A DNA stretch of 40,680 nucleotides from Chiloscyllium plagiosum (taxonomy: Eukaryota), in the NCBI RefSeq assembly GCF_004010195.1, contig NC_057719.1:84694833-84735512 (forward strand), in the 5' to 3' direction. A program made the position numbers and the translations under genes. Below are positions 23,035 through 35,900 of this stretch, piece after piece. Each line of letters starts with the position of its first letter. Positions within the stretch are counted from its first letter, which is position 1. The notes under the pieces are model-generated. The model was given only the letters and a program-made list of their open reading frames with translations. It searched no databases and had not been told where the DNA came from.

Positions 23035-24235
23035 GAAGGTTGTCAATTATTAATGGTAAGTCCTCTGGAGTGTTGCTGAACAAAGTCACCTTGGAGTGCA
23101 GGTTCATAGCTCCTTGAAGGTCAAGTCGCAGGTAGATAGGATAATGAAGAAGGTCATAGAGATGTACAAGCATGGAACAGACCCTTCGGTCCAACCCGTC
23201 CATGCCGACCAGATATCCCAACCCAATCTAGGTCCACCTGCCAGCATCCAGCCCATATCCCTCCAAACCCTTCCTATTCATATACCCATCCAAATGCCTC
23301 TAAAATGTTGCAATTGTACCAGCCTCCACCACTTCCTCTGGCAGCTCATTCCATACACTTATCACTCTCTGCGTGAAAAAGTTGCCCCTTAGGTCTCTTT
23401 TATATCTTTCCCCTCTCACCCTAAACCTATGCGCTCCAGTTCTGGTCTCCCCAACCCCACGGAAAAGACTTTGTCTATTTATCCTATCCATGCCCCTCAT
23501 AATTTTGTAAACCTCTATAAGGTCACCCCTCAGCCTCCGACGCTCCAGGGAAAACAGCCCCAGCCTGTTCAGCCTCTCCCTGTAGCTCAGATCCTCCAAC
23601 CCTGGCAACATCCTTGTAACTCTTTTCTGAACCCTTTCAAGTTTCCTTTCCTTTATTGGTCTGAGTATTAAGTACAGGAGTTGGGAGGTCATGTTGAGGC
23701 TGTACAATACATTAGTTAGGCCACTGTTTGAATATTGCGTGCAATTCTGGTCTCCTTCCTATCGGAAAGATGTTGTGAAACTTGAAAGGGCTCAGAAAAG
23801 ATTTACAAGGATGTTGCCAGGGTTGGAGGATTTGAGCTACAGCGAGAGTTTGAATAGGTGGGGCTGTTTTCCCTGGAGGCTGAGGGGTGACCTTGTAGAG
23901 GTTTATAAAATCATGAGAGGCATGGATAGGATAAATAGACAAAGTCTTTCCCTGGGGTGGGGAAGTCCAGAACTAGAGGGCATAGGTTTAGGGTGAGAGG
24001 GGAAAGATATAAAAGGGGCAACTTTTTCACGCAGGGGGTGATACATGTATGCCAGAGAAGTGGTGGAGGCTAGTACAATTGCAACATTTAAAAGGCATCT
24101 GGATGGGTATATGAATAGGAAGGGTTTGGAGGGATATGGGCCAGGTGCTGAATTGGACTAGATTGGGTTGGGATATCTGGTCGGCATGGACGAGTTGGAC
24201 TGAAGGGTCTGTTTCCGTGCTGTACGTGACTCTAT
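23035..24235 (+). mobile_element. HER1/CR1 LINE 3' part, interrupted
   Basis: ORF MLRLYNTLVRPLFEYCVQFWSP...RLRGDL plus intact 3'UTR. Confidence 0.9.
23154..23644 (-). mobile_element. Young HER1/CR1 3' fragment inserted antisense into a same-family copy
   Basis: Minus ORF KLERVQKRVTRMLPGL...NFFTQRVISVWNELPEEVVEA. Confidence 0.9.
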
Positions 24236-24514
24236 TGAAAGACTTTAGATCAGACTGTTTCACACAAAAAGATTGTAGGTGCTCAATTGTTGAATATATT
24301 TGTCTGAGGTTGCTTAGAATTTTGGGCTCTAAGGGAATCAAAGTTAATGGGAATTGGCGGGAAGGGTAAGTAGAATGGAGGTCAAAGAACAGCCACTATC
24401 TTGAACAGTGAATCTGTGTAGTCCGTTCCATCTATTCTTTTCTTCCTAAGTCAAAGCTTTTAAAGGTATAATATTCATTGATTAAAAATCATAATTATTT
24501 CATTAAAGAAAAAA

Positions 24515-24670
24515 TAACCTTACATTTATATACTATCAGCATGTGCTAAAGTGCATAACAAGTACTTTTAAAATGTAGTCATTATTACAATGTTGGAAAC
24601 CTAGCTGCAAAAGTGTGCACATCAATCTCCTATGTAATGATGACGAGGTCAACTGTTTTAAGTAATTAAA
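24515..24670 (-). mobile_element. Ancient DeuSINE-like remnant
   Basis: aaatgtagtcattattacaatgttggaaac..gtgcac block, related to 26720-26880. Family call from memory. Confidence 0.4.
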
Positions 24671-24764
24671 GTAGTTTATTAAATAAGAACTCTATTTTGT
24701 TGCTGAGTACTAACAATAATAGTTAACTTATTTCATATTTTTAATATTTTGTTTTACATTATAG

Positions 24765-24903
24765 TGGTGAACATATCAATGAAGTCTTCCTGACAGTAAA
24801 ACCAGGACCCAAGTACCTGACCAAGATTGTGAAGAGTCTCTACTTGACATTGCTCGTCAAACCAGGAGCTAATAGATTCCGGTTACAGCATTCATCTCCA
24901 TAA
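24765..24903 (+). CDS. KNL1: KNL1 terminal coding exon (SGEHINEVFLTVKPGPKYLTKIVKSLYLTLLVKPGANRFRLQHSSP*)
   Basis: Acceptor gttttacattatag, phase 2, open to TAA at 24901-24903. YLTKIVKSLY resembles KNL1 YLKNVVKQIY. Confidence 0.9.
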
Positions 24904-25475
24904 CTATGACAAAGTGTGTGCATTCAGCCATCCTTCCCAATCAAATCTGGAGAGACACCAATCGGTCCTGTCTGTACAGTGGAACTTTTGATGAGCTTTG
25001 TACAGGAACTGGTTTGAATCCAACTTTAATTGAAGAGATGCATGGAGCCTATTTAAATTTCAGCATGACAATTTGAAGTGGCCATGGGCTACATAATATC
25101 TCCCTGAAGAGTTGGCCATTTTGTCCTGAAAAACTATGGATGGCTTCACTGACATGTAATATAATAACTGCTTTTCTGGGTTAGGTGTTTAATTATAGTG
25201 CATTTTTTTCTCTTGCTACTCTGGTATAAGTGATATTTATAATTTTATTTAGACATACTAATATAAAGTAGGTGGTGTCAGTACAGAGTACAAGGAGACT
25301 TGCTTTGTAACACAACTTCCAGAATGAGTGATAATTGCTCAATTTTCTAGAATTAATTCTTTCACCTAGAATACCACAAATATATACTATTGCTCTGCCA
25401 TTAAGAGTGTGAAGTATTGGTGCCGTAATTTCTGTATCTTGTAATGTAATTAAAAATTTGTATGTCAGCTACTGA
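24904..25475 (+). other. KNL1: Probable KNL1 3'UTR
   Basis: Non-repetitive sequence after the stop codon; end inferred from an ATTAAA hexamer. Confidence 0.5.
25449..25454 (+). terminator. Candidate polyadenylation signal ATTAAA
   Basis: First canonical-type hexamer I found after the stop codon; no transcript evidence. Confidence 0.4.
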
Positions 25476-26059
25476 TCCTGATACTTGAACTTTCAAATTC
25501 ACCAGGTAGCACAATCCATGTAATGTGGTAGACATTGAGAGAAGTAACTACTTAGACTGTACATTAGTGTTGCAGTGATGAATATTGCAAGCACATTGGC
25601 AGAAATCCCTTCTTCAAATATTATACCAATTTGAATCTGCAGTGTCTCTATTAATATGTCATCTGAAGTTGCCATACAGCACTGTACTGAAGTGTTTGCA
25701 GTTATTACTTTTGCATGTCCTTGAATGACATTTGAACAAGTGACTTTCTGACTGCGGGATGAGTATGCTGCCCAAACGAACCAAACTAACAATGACATAA
25801 TATTATGAAACTTTCAACAAAATGGTGACCAAATCAATGTTTCAGGAGAGAATTTGAATCATGTCATTGGTTCCATGTTATAAGCCTCTTGCTAACTTTT
25901 TGATCTGTTGTTTTTCCTTTAATAGTTTACATATCTGTCTTTTCATTGGTAGCTTTCTGTTGTGATTTGCGACTCATTCTTGGCTTAAATGTCATTTATG
26001 ACAAATTTTGAATGGGAAGATTGTGCGCTAAATGCGGACTATTTTTGATAATCCATGAT

Positions 26060-26430
26060 TTTTGTCAGGAAGAAAGAAACTGACAGGCCTGGGCTCTCTT
26101 CTCTGTAATAAAAGCTTTGAGGAGTGACCTAATAAAAAAATCTTCCAAATTCTGAAAGGGTCCGCTAGGATGGATATGGAGAAAATTATTTTTCTACTTC
26201 CTATTTTGTCAACCCAAAATAAGGGATCATGATTCCTAATTAAGTTGTCATAATTATCATCATTTATTCAGAGATATGCACAAATCACTAACATGTCGGG
26301 TGTTCGGGGTGAAGACTGTAAGAGGCATTTAAAAAGAAGCTAGGTAGGTACTCAAGGCAAGAGAAACTGCATGCTTGTAGAGGTGAAACACTGGCACAGG
26401 CTTGTAGGGCTGAATAGTTTGTCTGTGCTG
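26060..26430 (+). mobile_element. Degraded CR1 3' end
   Basis: LRSDLI-like motif and 3'UTR ending gtctgtgctgta. Confidence 0.6.
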
Positions 26431-27229
26431 TACATATATAAATATGAATGATAACAGTTGATGCTTTCTATCTTCCTGCATTTCTAATTCTTCAATACAC
26501 AGCTAGCTATTTTATAAATTAGTTGAATTTTTAATTGCTAGCAATCTCCTCTTCAAAGCTGATTCAATCTAATCAGTATTTCTGCTGGTACTCCATGGGG
26601 TTCTGTCACAAGTTAGTAATCTCAATTTATCGTCTTTATTTTACTTTCTTTTATATATGTGGCTTTGTAAAGAGAAAGAAAGCTTGATCAGCATCCTGGT
26701 AACCATGCATTTTTTGAAGGGAAACGTACACTCAGTACTGTGGCACATTTTGAGCTATTCCAAAGTGCTTCATATGCAATGAATTATGTCTGATGTGAAA
26801 TCATTGTTGTTAAGTAGCAGCCAAATGCAGCAACCAAGTTGAATTCTGCCAAGTCTCAAACAGAAAATAAGATAAAACTTTGTGTAGTTTTCCCAATCTA
26901 CCACACCCAACTTTACCCTCATGCTTTTGTTGTTTCCATTGTTTAGATTTAAGTTTCAAATTGAACTGCATCAAACATAATGTAAAATTCTACCATATTG
27001 TGGTCATTCTTCCCATAAGATTGTTTTACAATAGGATTATTAACTTTTTTCTAGTTGCATTATACTACATCCAAAATAGCCTATTCTCTAGTTAGCTCAA
27101 CATGCTGTTCTGAGAAATCACCCTGTATACATTACATGATTTTGTCCTCTACAACATTTGAACTAATTGGTTTACCGAGCCTATGTTTTCAGTTAAGATC
27201 CCCTGCTCAAAGTATTACCCTTGTTTTCG

Positions 27230-28135
27230 ATGGTGGGAATAAATGGCTCTTTTTCTGTTTGCAGACAATGACCTCCAGGATTCACCTATTCACAATTTAT
27301 ATAAATGACTTGGATGGGGAAACAAGTACATTACCAAATTTGCTAATGACACAAGATTAAGTGTGATTGTGTGTTGTGAGGAAGATGCAAGAAGGATTTG
27401 GAGGCTGTAGAGAAGTTTGGTTCACACATCATTATGAAAACAGGGAGAGACCATATAGATTATCCTAAATTAGGAAGTGTGGATCTACAAAGAAATTAGG
27501 GTGACTTGTACATCTATTAATGAAAGTCTATGGGCAGATGCAGCAACCAATTAAGAAAGTAAATGGTATATAGGCCTTCATTGTAAGAGGATTTGAGTTG
27601 AGTAATAGACATGTCTTACTGGAGTTTATGCAGGGCCTTAATGTGACTGCATCTGAAGAACTGAGTGCAATTTCCCTATAAGTTTTGGTCTCCCTGTCTC
27701 AGAGAGGATATATTTGCCATAGAGTAAGCATGATGAAGTGCTTTTTTATGAAAAGTGATTGGTTCGAAATTCACTAAAGTTTAGAAGAATGAGACAGGAT
27801 CTGATTGAAATATTTATTTTAAAAAAAACTAACCAGGCCAAATAGATTAGAACAAGAAGGATATTTCCCTTGTGCAGTGAGTCAAGGATACAAGGTTGAC
27901 TATTTAGGACAGATGAGGAAACATTTCACTGAGGGTGGTCAACTTGTGAAATTTGCTCCTGCAAAGTTGTGGGAGTCAGGTCAAGAGAATGATTTATTTT
28001 TTGGATGTTAAGGATATTTTAAAGGGGAGAGAAAGTGGGAGCATGGCATTGAGTTAGAAGATCAGCCATGATTGTATTGAATGGTGGAGAAGGCTCTAAC
28101 GGCCAATTGGCATACAACTGCTCCTAGTTTTCATG
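27230..28135 (+). mobile_element. Degraded CR1 LINE 3' part
   Basis: LFTIYINDLD, KFANDT motifs and CR1 3'UTR. Confidence 0.8.
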
Positions 28136-28395
28136 CGCCTGTATCTTCTTTATGTACCTGAACAGCAAACAGGGAAAGAAGTTTCATGTGGGAGTAGTTT
28201 ATCAGCCCTTTAACAGTAGCAATCATGTAGGACTGGTATTAATCAAGAAATAATGAGACCCCCTAAAAATGGAGTTGCAATGATTGAGAGATTTTAATGT
28301 AATCAAATTGGTAAAAGCAGCCTTATGAATAGAATGTAGAGTTTGTTCAGACTTGTTTCTTCAAACAGTACATTCTAGAACCAATTAATATCATA

Positions 28396-28592
28396 TGTTA
28401 GGCTAAGTCCCACAAAGAGTTAACTGTTAGAGGGGAGAAAATGGCTACACGCATGACTACAGAGGCTGAGAAAGTAGCATGGACAGAGCTAATGTAAGGG
28501 AATGTTCTTGCAACTGTAAATACATTATAATAAAGTTATTGTTTTTTAAACTAGCAGTCTATAAGAATTATTGAAAGTACTGTATTCTAACA
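28396..28592 (+). mobile_element. Solo LTR
   Basis: TGTTAG...CTAACA termini, internal AATAAA, perfect 5-bp TSD TCATA (28391-28395, 28593-28597). Confidence 0.8.
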
Positions 28593-28879
28593 TCATAGTA
28601 AGCGGTGAACTCTATTGGAGAGTTTCCAGAAAATATTGGGCTTTAAATGACTGACGCATAGCCAAACTGCTACAAGAGATTTGCTTGATTTAGTGCTGCA
28701 TCGGGACATGCAATAAAGCCAGACTATAAGCTCTAAACTTCTTTTTGTATGCAATGGGTAACTGTGCAGATACTATTTCAGTTGCCGTGGTTATCAACTA
28801 TGGTAAAGCCACATATTGGTAAGTTAATGATCCACTGGAAGCATAATTTAATGTTGACAAGAACACTTACATGGAATAC

Positions 28880-29790
28880 ACTTTCATTATTCGCTCACGG
28901 GATTTGAACATCGCTGGCTGGCCAGCATTTATTGTCTGCCCCGACTGTCCCTTTGAGGAGGTGGTGGTGAGCTGTCTTCTTGAACTGCTATGGTCCAGGT
29001 GCTATAGGTTGGTGCATAATGCCTTTAGGGAGAGAATTCCAGGATTTTTACCCAGCAACAGTGAAGGAACAGTGACATATTTTCATGTCAGAACGGTAAG
29101 TGGAATGGAAGGGAACTTGCAGATGGTGGTATCCCCATTTATTGGCTGCTTCTAGTTGGAAATAGTTGTGGGTTTGGAAAGTACTGTTGAGAAAATATGG
29201 TGAATTTCTGTAGTGCATCTTGTCGATAGCAGCGGTATATATTGCTGAATATTGGTTGAGCGAATTGTGGTACCAATCAAGTGGGGAGTATTCTTCATAT
29301 TCCTGACTTGTCTTGTAGATGGTGGACAGGCTTGGGGGAGTCAGGAGATGAGTTATTCACCACAGTGTTTGTAGCCTCTGACCCCCTCTTGCGGTCCCTG
29401 TTTGTGGTGAGCCCACTTGAGCTTTTGGTCAGAATTTATCCCCAGGTTGTTAATCGGGGGTTCAGTCTTGGTAACACTATTGAATGTCAAGGGTGGTTAG
29501 ATTGTCTCTTATTGGTGATTGTCATTACCTGGCATTTGTGTGGTGCAAATGTTACTTGCCACTTATCAGCCCAAGCTTGGATATTGTTGGGATCTTTTTG
29601 CATTTGAATATGCTTCAGTATCTGAGGATTTGTGAATGGTGCTGAAGATTGCACAATCATCAGTTAACACATCCATTCATAACCTTATGATGGAGTGAAG
29701 ATTATTAATGAAGCAACTGGAGATGTTTGGGCCTTGGTCACTGAGGGATTCCTGAGATGACTGACTTCCAACAATCACCTTCCTCCATGC
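28880..29790 (-). mobile_element. L2/Crack-like LINE 3' fragment
   Basis: Related by reverse complement to 11150-12030 (gctggccagcatttatt; gtgcatcttgt.gat). Confidence 0.6.
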
Positions 29791-30599
29791 CAAGTATTAA
29801 CTGCTATTTCTACACATCCTACCAGCTTCAATGACTTATGTAAATGATTACCTAGGTCTCTTTGTTCTTGCAACCTGTTTGTAATTGTGGCCTTCATTTT
29901 ATAAATTCTTCTTTTCAAAATGTAGCACCTCACAATTCTCCATCTTGAAGCTCATCGCTTACTTCTCAAATTTATCAATGTCACTTTATATTCTTTTTCC
30001 CTGTCAATTTCCAATGCTTCCAAGTTTCATAGATTTGTGAGGTTTTACTACTCCTGAACTTTCCAAATGCTAATTTTTTTCTGAAGTGTCTGGAAAGGCT
30101 GGGGAATATGTATGTTACATGTTTAAGGAGCTGGTGAGACCTAAATCTTGATTTCCCCTAGTAGTTGAATACTGAAACTACAGCTTAACCTTGACATAGT
30201 AAAATTGAATACAGTAGACGTGACTTTTTGATACGTGGTTGGAGTTGAGTTGATGCTCTTTAGAGGATGAGTGCAGGATCATTGGGCCAAATAGCCTCTT
30301 TTCACATTGTAGGGATTTTATGATTCTATTAAGTTAAAAATGTCAAGGTAAAGATAACAGCACTTGCAAGCTTTTAAGGGCATCCAGAAACCAAAGCATA
30401 TCAATGATCCTGGTCCTGTTTAAAAGAGTTGTTTTTTTTTCCTCTTGTCTTTAGCAATAGGTCTCAACTTGGGAAAGATCTCATTAGATTTTACTGAGTC
30501 AGCAACCCCACAGCCCAGCAAACTGAATCCAAAGAAGTTGCTGATCTTAACCCAGTGGGCCTTTTCATCTCTTTGTGACCACTGCCCAGCAGCAAGCTT

Positions 30600-31540
30600 G
30601 GGCACATGGGAACAGGAGGAGACCATTCAGTCCTTTAAGCCTGTCCCACCATTCAGTGAAATCATGGCTGACCTGTGGCCAAACTCAATAGATCTGCATT
30701 TGGGCAAAATCCCTTAATACTTTTGATTTAAAATTAACGATTGATCTAGCATCCACTGCCATTTGTGGAAGAGTTCCAAATACCTAGGATCCTTTGTGTA
30801 GAAGTGCTTCCTAACATCTCTCTAGAACGTCTGGCCCTAACTCTATGCCCATTAGTTCTAGAATCCCAAGTCAATATTAATAGTTTATCTTTATCTCTGT
30901 CTTTTCCGGTTATCTTTATGACTTTGATAAGATCGTTTAGTCATCTAAATTCTAAAGAGAACAGGCTTAATTTGTATAAAAAATCCTTAAAGTCTAGATT
31001 TCAGTCTTGTTAAACAATATTGTGCTCCCTCCAAGGCCAATATATTCTTCCTAAACTATGGTACCCAGATCAGATCACAGTGCCCCAAGGTACGTCGAAC
31101 CAGGGTTTTGTATAATTTTTGCATTCTTGTAACAGAAGAATATAAAAGATCGGAGCAAGAGAATGCCATTCGATCCCTCATACTTGCTCCACCATTCAAT
31201 ATGACCTGGCTGATCATTGAATTTAATACCATAATTCCATTCGACTACTACAGTACTTGATCCCTTTAGCCATAGGTGGTTTTTATCTCTTACCTCCTTC
31301 ATAATGCATAGTGTTTGGCCTCAAACACTTCCTCTGGTAGTGAATTCCACAGCCTCCACACTCTTGGGGTGAATACATTTCTCCTCAATTCAGTACTAAA
31401 AGGTTTTCCCCATATCCTTAAACTCTGATCCCTGGTTCTGGACTCCCCTATAATTGTTGTACTCCAGTCCTCTAGATATAAAGGCCAGCATTCCATTAGT
31501 GCTCTTGATTATTTTCTGCACCTGTTTGTGACACATTAAA
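30600..31540 (-). mobile_element. Nested CR1 3' fragments (younger insert ~31136-31452)
   Basis: Two CR1 3'UTRs; minus ORF FTPRVWRLWNSLPEEV. Confidence 0.75.
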
Positions 31541-33017
31541 GATTTTAAAGGTGGCACAAAAGTCATGAAACTAGAAATCTATTTTGCAGATATTTGAGTC
31601 ACTGGCAGGTAAGGGGTCAAAGATGGTACAAGTGATTATAAATTTGGCCCTGATAGACTTTGAAATAATTGGCTTCCATCTCTTTTTCAGCACTGTAGGA
31701 TCATTTGCCATAGTCTCCCAAAAGATTTGTAAAGGTATTTAATTTTGCCCTGGTAAGTTGTGCATTGATTGCTGCATCAATACTTACCATTATTTTTTTA
31801 TTCTCCTCAGATCCCTAAAATAAATTAATTGCCTCCCCTTAGAAGTCACAGGTGTTTATATTTGAGAGAATAAAACACAAACTTGGAAATATGCTCTTTT
31901 AATATTCTAAAGAGATAATTTGTGCGGGGGGGCAGGGAGGGAGTTTTATGGGCTGAGATAGAAGAGATGGCATCAGACTGTAAATGGCGGAGTTTTTGTA
32001 GCTCATGTCTTGCCTCAATCATGTCCTAACTGCAGGGTTTGGGAGACCGTAATGGCTGTGACTGGAGGAGTGTTGGAAATGAAACTACATGAGTCATACC
32101 CAAACTGTAAAACTATTTACTTCAATCACTAAAGTAGTCATTTGTTTCTCTTTATTACTGCTATCTGGAACAAAACAGACTTTCACCAGATTTCTTCATT
32201 AAACTCAAAAATAATTTCTTAATATTAAACATATTCTAATAGCAAAATAGGTTATTAATTAAAATACTGTGTAGGATTGAACTCTAGCCCCTTTACTCCT
32301 ACCACACAATCATATTCACATCGGACAAAATTATACAGCTTTGCAGAGTATTATAACTTTGAAAATAATAGGGGAAAAAACCCCAAATGGATCAAAAGTC
32401 TAAACTAGGTAGGTACAATGGGCTGACATCTCTTTGTTCCTTTGGTTTCTGTCAATGAGATCAAAATACTGCGAGAAACTGAAGTGATAGCATATCTTCA
32501 GTCTAGATAAAAGATCCTGATTGGAGTATATATTAGACCAAATTCCATGAAGAAGAGTTTGAGAAAAGTCTTTACCTGAAAGTTAATTGGGTTTTATTTT
32601 AAACAATCAAGTTGACCGACAGAGACCAGTGTTTTAGCTGGCTTTTTTCCTTACTGACAGAATGAGCAGAGTGCTTCCCTTTTTTCCAGCTTCCTTTCAA
32701 ATGCCTATTTTTAGGAAATAGAGTTTGCTACGTCCAGCTTGGCGGTCCTTTCCAACTGACTAAAAGCCACTAAAAGCCACATGCATTCAGAGTGTTGTTT
32801 GGTAACTGGCAGCACAGGGTACCCCACCTCTAAAATCCAGTTTGTTTGCTTTATGGCCTGTAAAAATGCTGAACAATCTCCTATCTCTGTCTCAAAAGTT
32901 TTTTTCTTCCAAAGTCATTTTGCATGTTTGTAAATAGCAGTTATCTTCAACGTTTGTTGACCTTTTGAGTTCCAGGAAGTAACATGGTAAATCCTTTGAA
33001 ATCTGTGATTTTCCAAT

Positions 33018-33314
33018 TAGATTAGATTAGATTCCCTACAGTATGGAAACAGGCTCTTCGGCCCAACCAGTCCACACCGACCCTCCGAAGAGTAACCCAC
33101 CCAGACCCATTTCCCTTTGTCTAATGCACCAAGCACTATGGGCAATTTAGCATGGCCAATTCACCTAATCTGCACATCTTTGGACTATGGGAGGAAACCC
33201 ATGCAGACATGGGAAAAATGTGCAAACTCCACACAGTCGCCCGAGGCTGGAACCAAAGCTGGGATCCTGGTGCTGTGAGGCAGCAGTGCTAACCACCGAG
33301 CCTCTGTGCCGCCC
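33018..33314 (-). mobile_element. HE1-type SINE, full length
   Basis: Highly similar to 3948-4256; (AGATT)n on the + strand. Confidence 0.9.
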
Positions 33315-34619
33315 GTTTCTCATAATCCATAAATATAAGTATATTTCTGACAAGACTACATCGCTCTTCCTCTTGTGGCCAGATTATGCATCAACTGCAT
33401 GACTGATGACAGAGTAAGTTATATTGGATAAAGCTGCTTTTGTAACCAAAGAGTCCAACTTTCCTACAAGGCTCTGAAACACTGAAAATAGTTAAAATAT
33501 CTATGGAATTGAAACACTAATTTACTCAGGACATCAGAGGATGTTGGAAGTCTGGATAGAGATCTGGGGGAAGATGTCGAACGGACTATATCGGACTAAA
33601 TTCCATAAAAGAGTTAGCTGTAATAATTGGTGATGAAAGGAAGTGATTCAATTGTTAAACAGAGTTTAAGAGAAAGTAGCATGGAAAAAAAGGTAGTGTA
33701 AAGGAATATTCCAATAGCTGTAAATATAATAAAGTTTGTATTGTCTAGCTAGCAATCGTTGAATTATTAAAATGACCTCCAACCTTAGAACCCAACATAG
33801 CATCCAGTGTTAGACCTTGTAATGTTGACCTTATAATGATTTGATAATGCAGGCAAGCATTTTAGAATTTCACATTCTATTTAAGGATGAGAAACATAGG
33901 TCTGAACCTAGTGTCTTAAATGTAAAGGCAGTTACAAGGTATGAAAAAAAATTGGCTACAAATGGACTGTAAAATAGTTTAAAATGTAAGATGGTAGAAC
34001 AGAGGCAGATATATATATTCCACTGACTTAGCCATGGAATGCCCTTCTTGGTAGAATCTAATTATGGAAGTTATGTATGCTCTCAAAAATGTATACTATA
34101 CTGTAAAAATTAGTGGTATGACAAAATTGGAAAAAATTCACAAACCAGTAATGAATGACTCTACTCATTCTAACTTTTCTCTTTTTTAAACTATAAAGAA
34201 AATATCAGATCATGAAAGTTTATTTATAAATATTGTCATGATACCATTTAGAGGAACACTGGACCAGCTGGATCTTTACTTATCCAACTTGATTAATCAT
34301 ATTTTTTTAAAGAGTAGAAATGTGTGAAAGAACCAAGTGTAAGAAAATAAGTGGCAGAATCAGAGGATAAATATAAATGACAAAGAAAAACAACTTTATT
34401 AAACAAATAAACAAAACACATAAGCAATAATGACATTGTATAAATTGAACAAGCAAGGTACCTATTAAACCATATACATTAAATACAACTTATTGTTTGG
34501 AATATTATGAAGTAAACATGAGTTGTTAGACAAACAGTAGTCAAACACTCAACTGACTGCTCTTTCACTGGCTGATGCATTGAAGACAGATCCCATCCAG
34601 ACACCAGATCATTCTGGAT

Positions 34620-35205
34620 TTATGGAGATGATGGAGGTAACACATTAGCATGCATGGAGGAATAGCCTAACTGAAACAGGATAAATGGGTCATTTTCAGG
34701 TTAGGAAATAGTAACAGTGGAGCGCCACAGGAGTTAGTGCTGGGGTGTCAGCTATTTATCATCTAAGAGTTTGGTGCTGGAAAAGCACAACCATTTAGGA
34801 TTCCTGATGAAGAGCTTGCGCTCGAAACATCACCTCTCCTGCTCCTTGCATGCTGCCTGACTGGCTGTGCTTTTCCAGCATCAATTTTTCTACTCTGACC
34901 TCCAGCATCTGCAGTCCTCACTTTCTCCTGTCAATTATTTATAGTCTTGACCGAATGAAGGAAATAAGTGTATTGTGGCCAAATTTATAGATGTGTAGGA
35001 AAACCAGTTATGAAGGCACAGAATCCATGAAGGGATATAGATAGATTAAATAGATAGACAAAGATTTGTTATAATGGGCGAACATGTTAATTTGTTCACT
35101 TTGACAGGATATTGCGGGTAGTGGTAAGATATTGCTGAATGCTGCAATGCAGAGGGAAATGGGTTTCCCATTCATCAATCACAAAGAATTATCAAGTATT
35201 TATAA
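34620..35205 (+). mobile_element. Old CR1 RT fragment, resuming at 39761-40230
   Basis: SGAPQELVLG (PQGSVLG-like) motif; collinear continuation after the nested LINE. Confidence 0.65.
34766..34928 (+). mobile_element. Short Penelope pLTR insertion (short inverted arm, hammerhead arm, tail)
   Basis: tggtgctggaaaagcaca is inverted to tgtgcttttccagcatca; CTGATGA-A-GAGC-TTGC-GCTC-GAAA-CATC at 34804-34831; degenerate TSD tgtca..tatttat. Confidence 0.8.
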
Positions 35206-35800
35206 CATCTTGACTGGTAAAGATGGCAGAGACTCTAGGAAAACCTATGATGTGTGTGGCATGCAAGATATTGGAGGTTTGAATGCACAAGACATCCAGG
35301 TTAGTCACAGCTGCATGAAGTACCAGAGGGCAATAGTCCTTCAACAACATGGTTGATTTGGAGTAGCAACTCTACTGTGCACCATACAAGGAGGAGAGAG
35401 GTTTCTGGAACAATTACACCAGAGGTGTCACTTGACATTGTGACGGGTAACAACGAAGACCATAGAGATGGCAGAAGAGTGGGTAATCTCACTTGTCAAA
35501 AGGAAAAGAAACTTGGACTCCTTGGAGCCATCCAACAGATATAACATTTTTATTCAGTGAGCAACATGACTGTGTTGGGGTGGATAACTAGAGGGAAAAC
35601 CACAATACCATGGTGCCCAAGGCTACTGTCAGAAAAGACAGGGAGGCTGGTAGGCAGATTAGAAAGGTAGTAGTAGGAGGTGACTCAATAGTTTGAGGAA
35701 TAGACCATCTAGTTTGCAGCCAAGATTGAAAGTCCTGTCTGGTTTGTTGCCTTCTGGGTTTGGGATAAAATGTCTGGAAAGGGAGGGTGAATAACCAATA

Positions 35801-35900
35801 CACAACCATTCAGGATTCCTGATGAAGAGCTTGCGCTCGAAACATCACCTCTCCTGCTCCTTGCATGCTGCCTGACTAGCTGTGCTTTTCCAGCATCAAT
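35801..35900 (+). repeat. 100-bp direct duplicate of 34786-34885, including the hammerhead motif
   Basis: 98/100 identical by eye. Confidence 0.9.

Noticed and set aside
25499..25798. 99-aa minus-strand ORF in unique sequence
   Set aside because: No motifs or clear splice structure; consistent with chance.
28598..28760. Possible primer-binding site and gag remnant after the LTR
   Set aside because: The perfect TSD directly after the LTR indicates a solo LTR, and no frame is open.
32106..33017. Possible long reverse-oriented LTR (a similar impression at 34233-34600)
   Set aside because: Could not define termini or a TSD.
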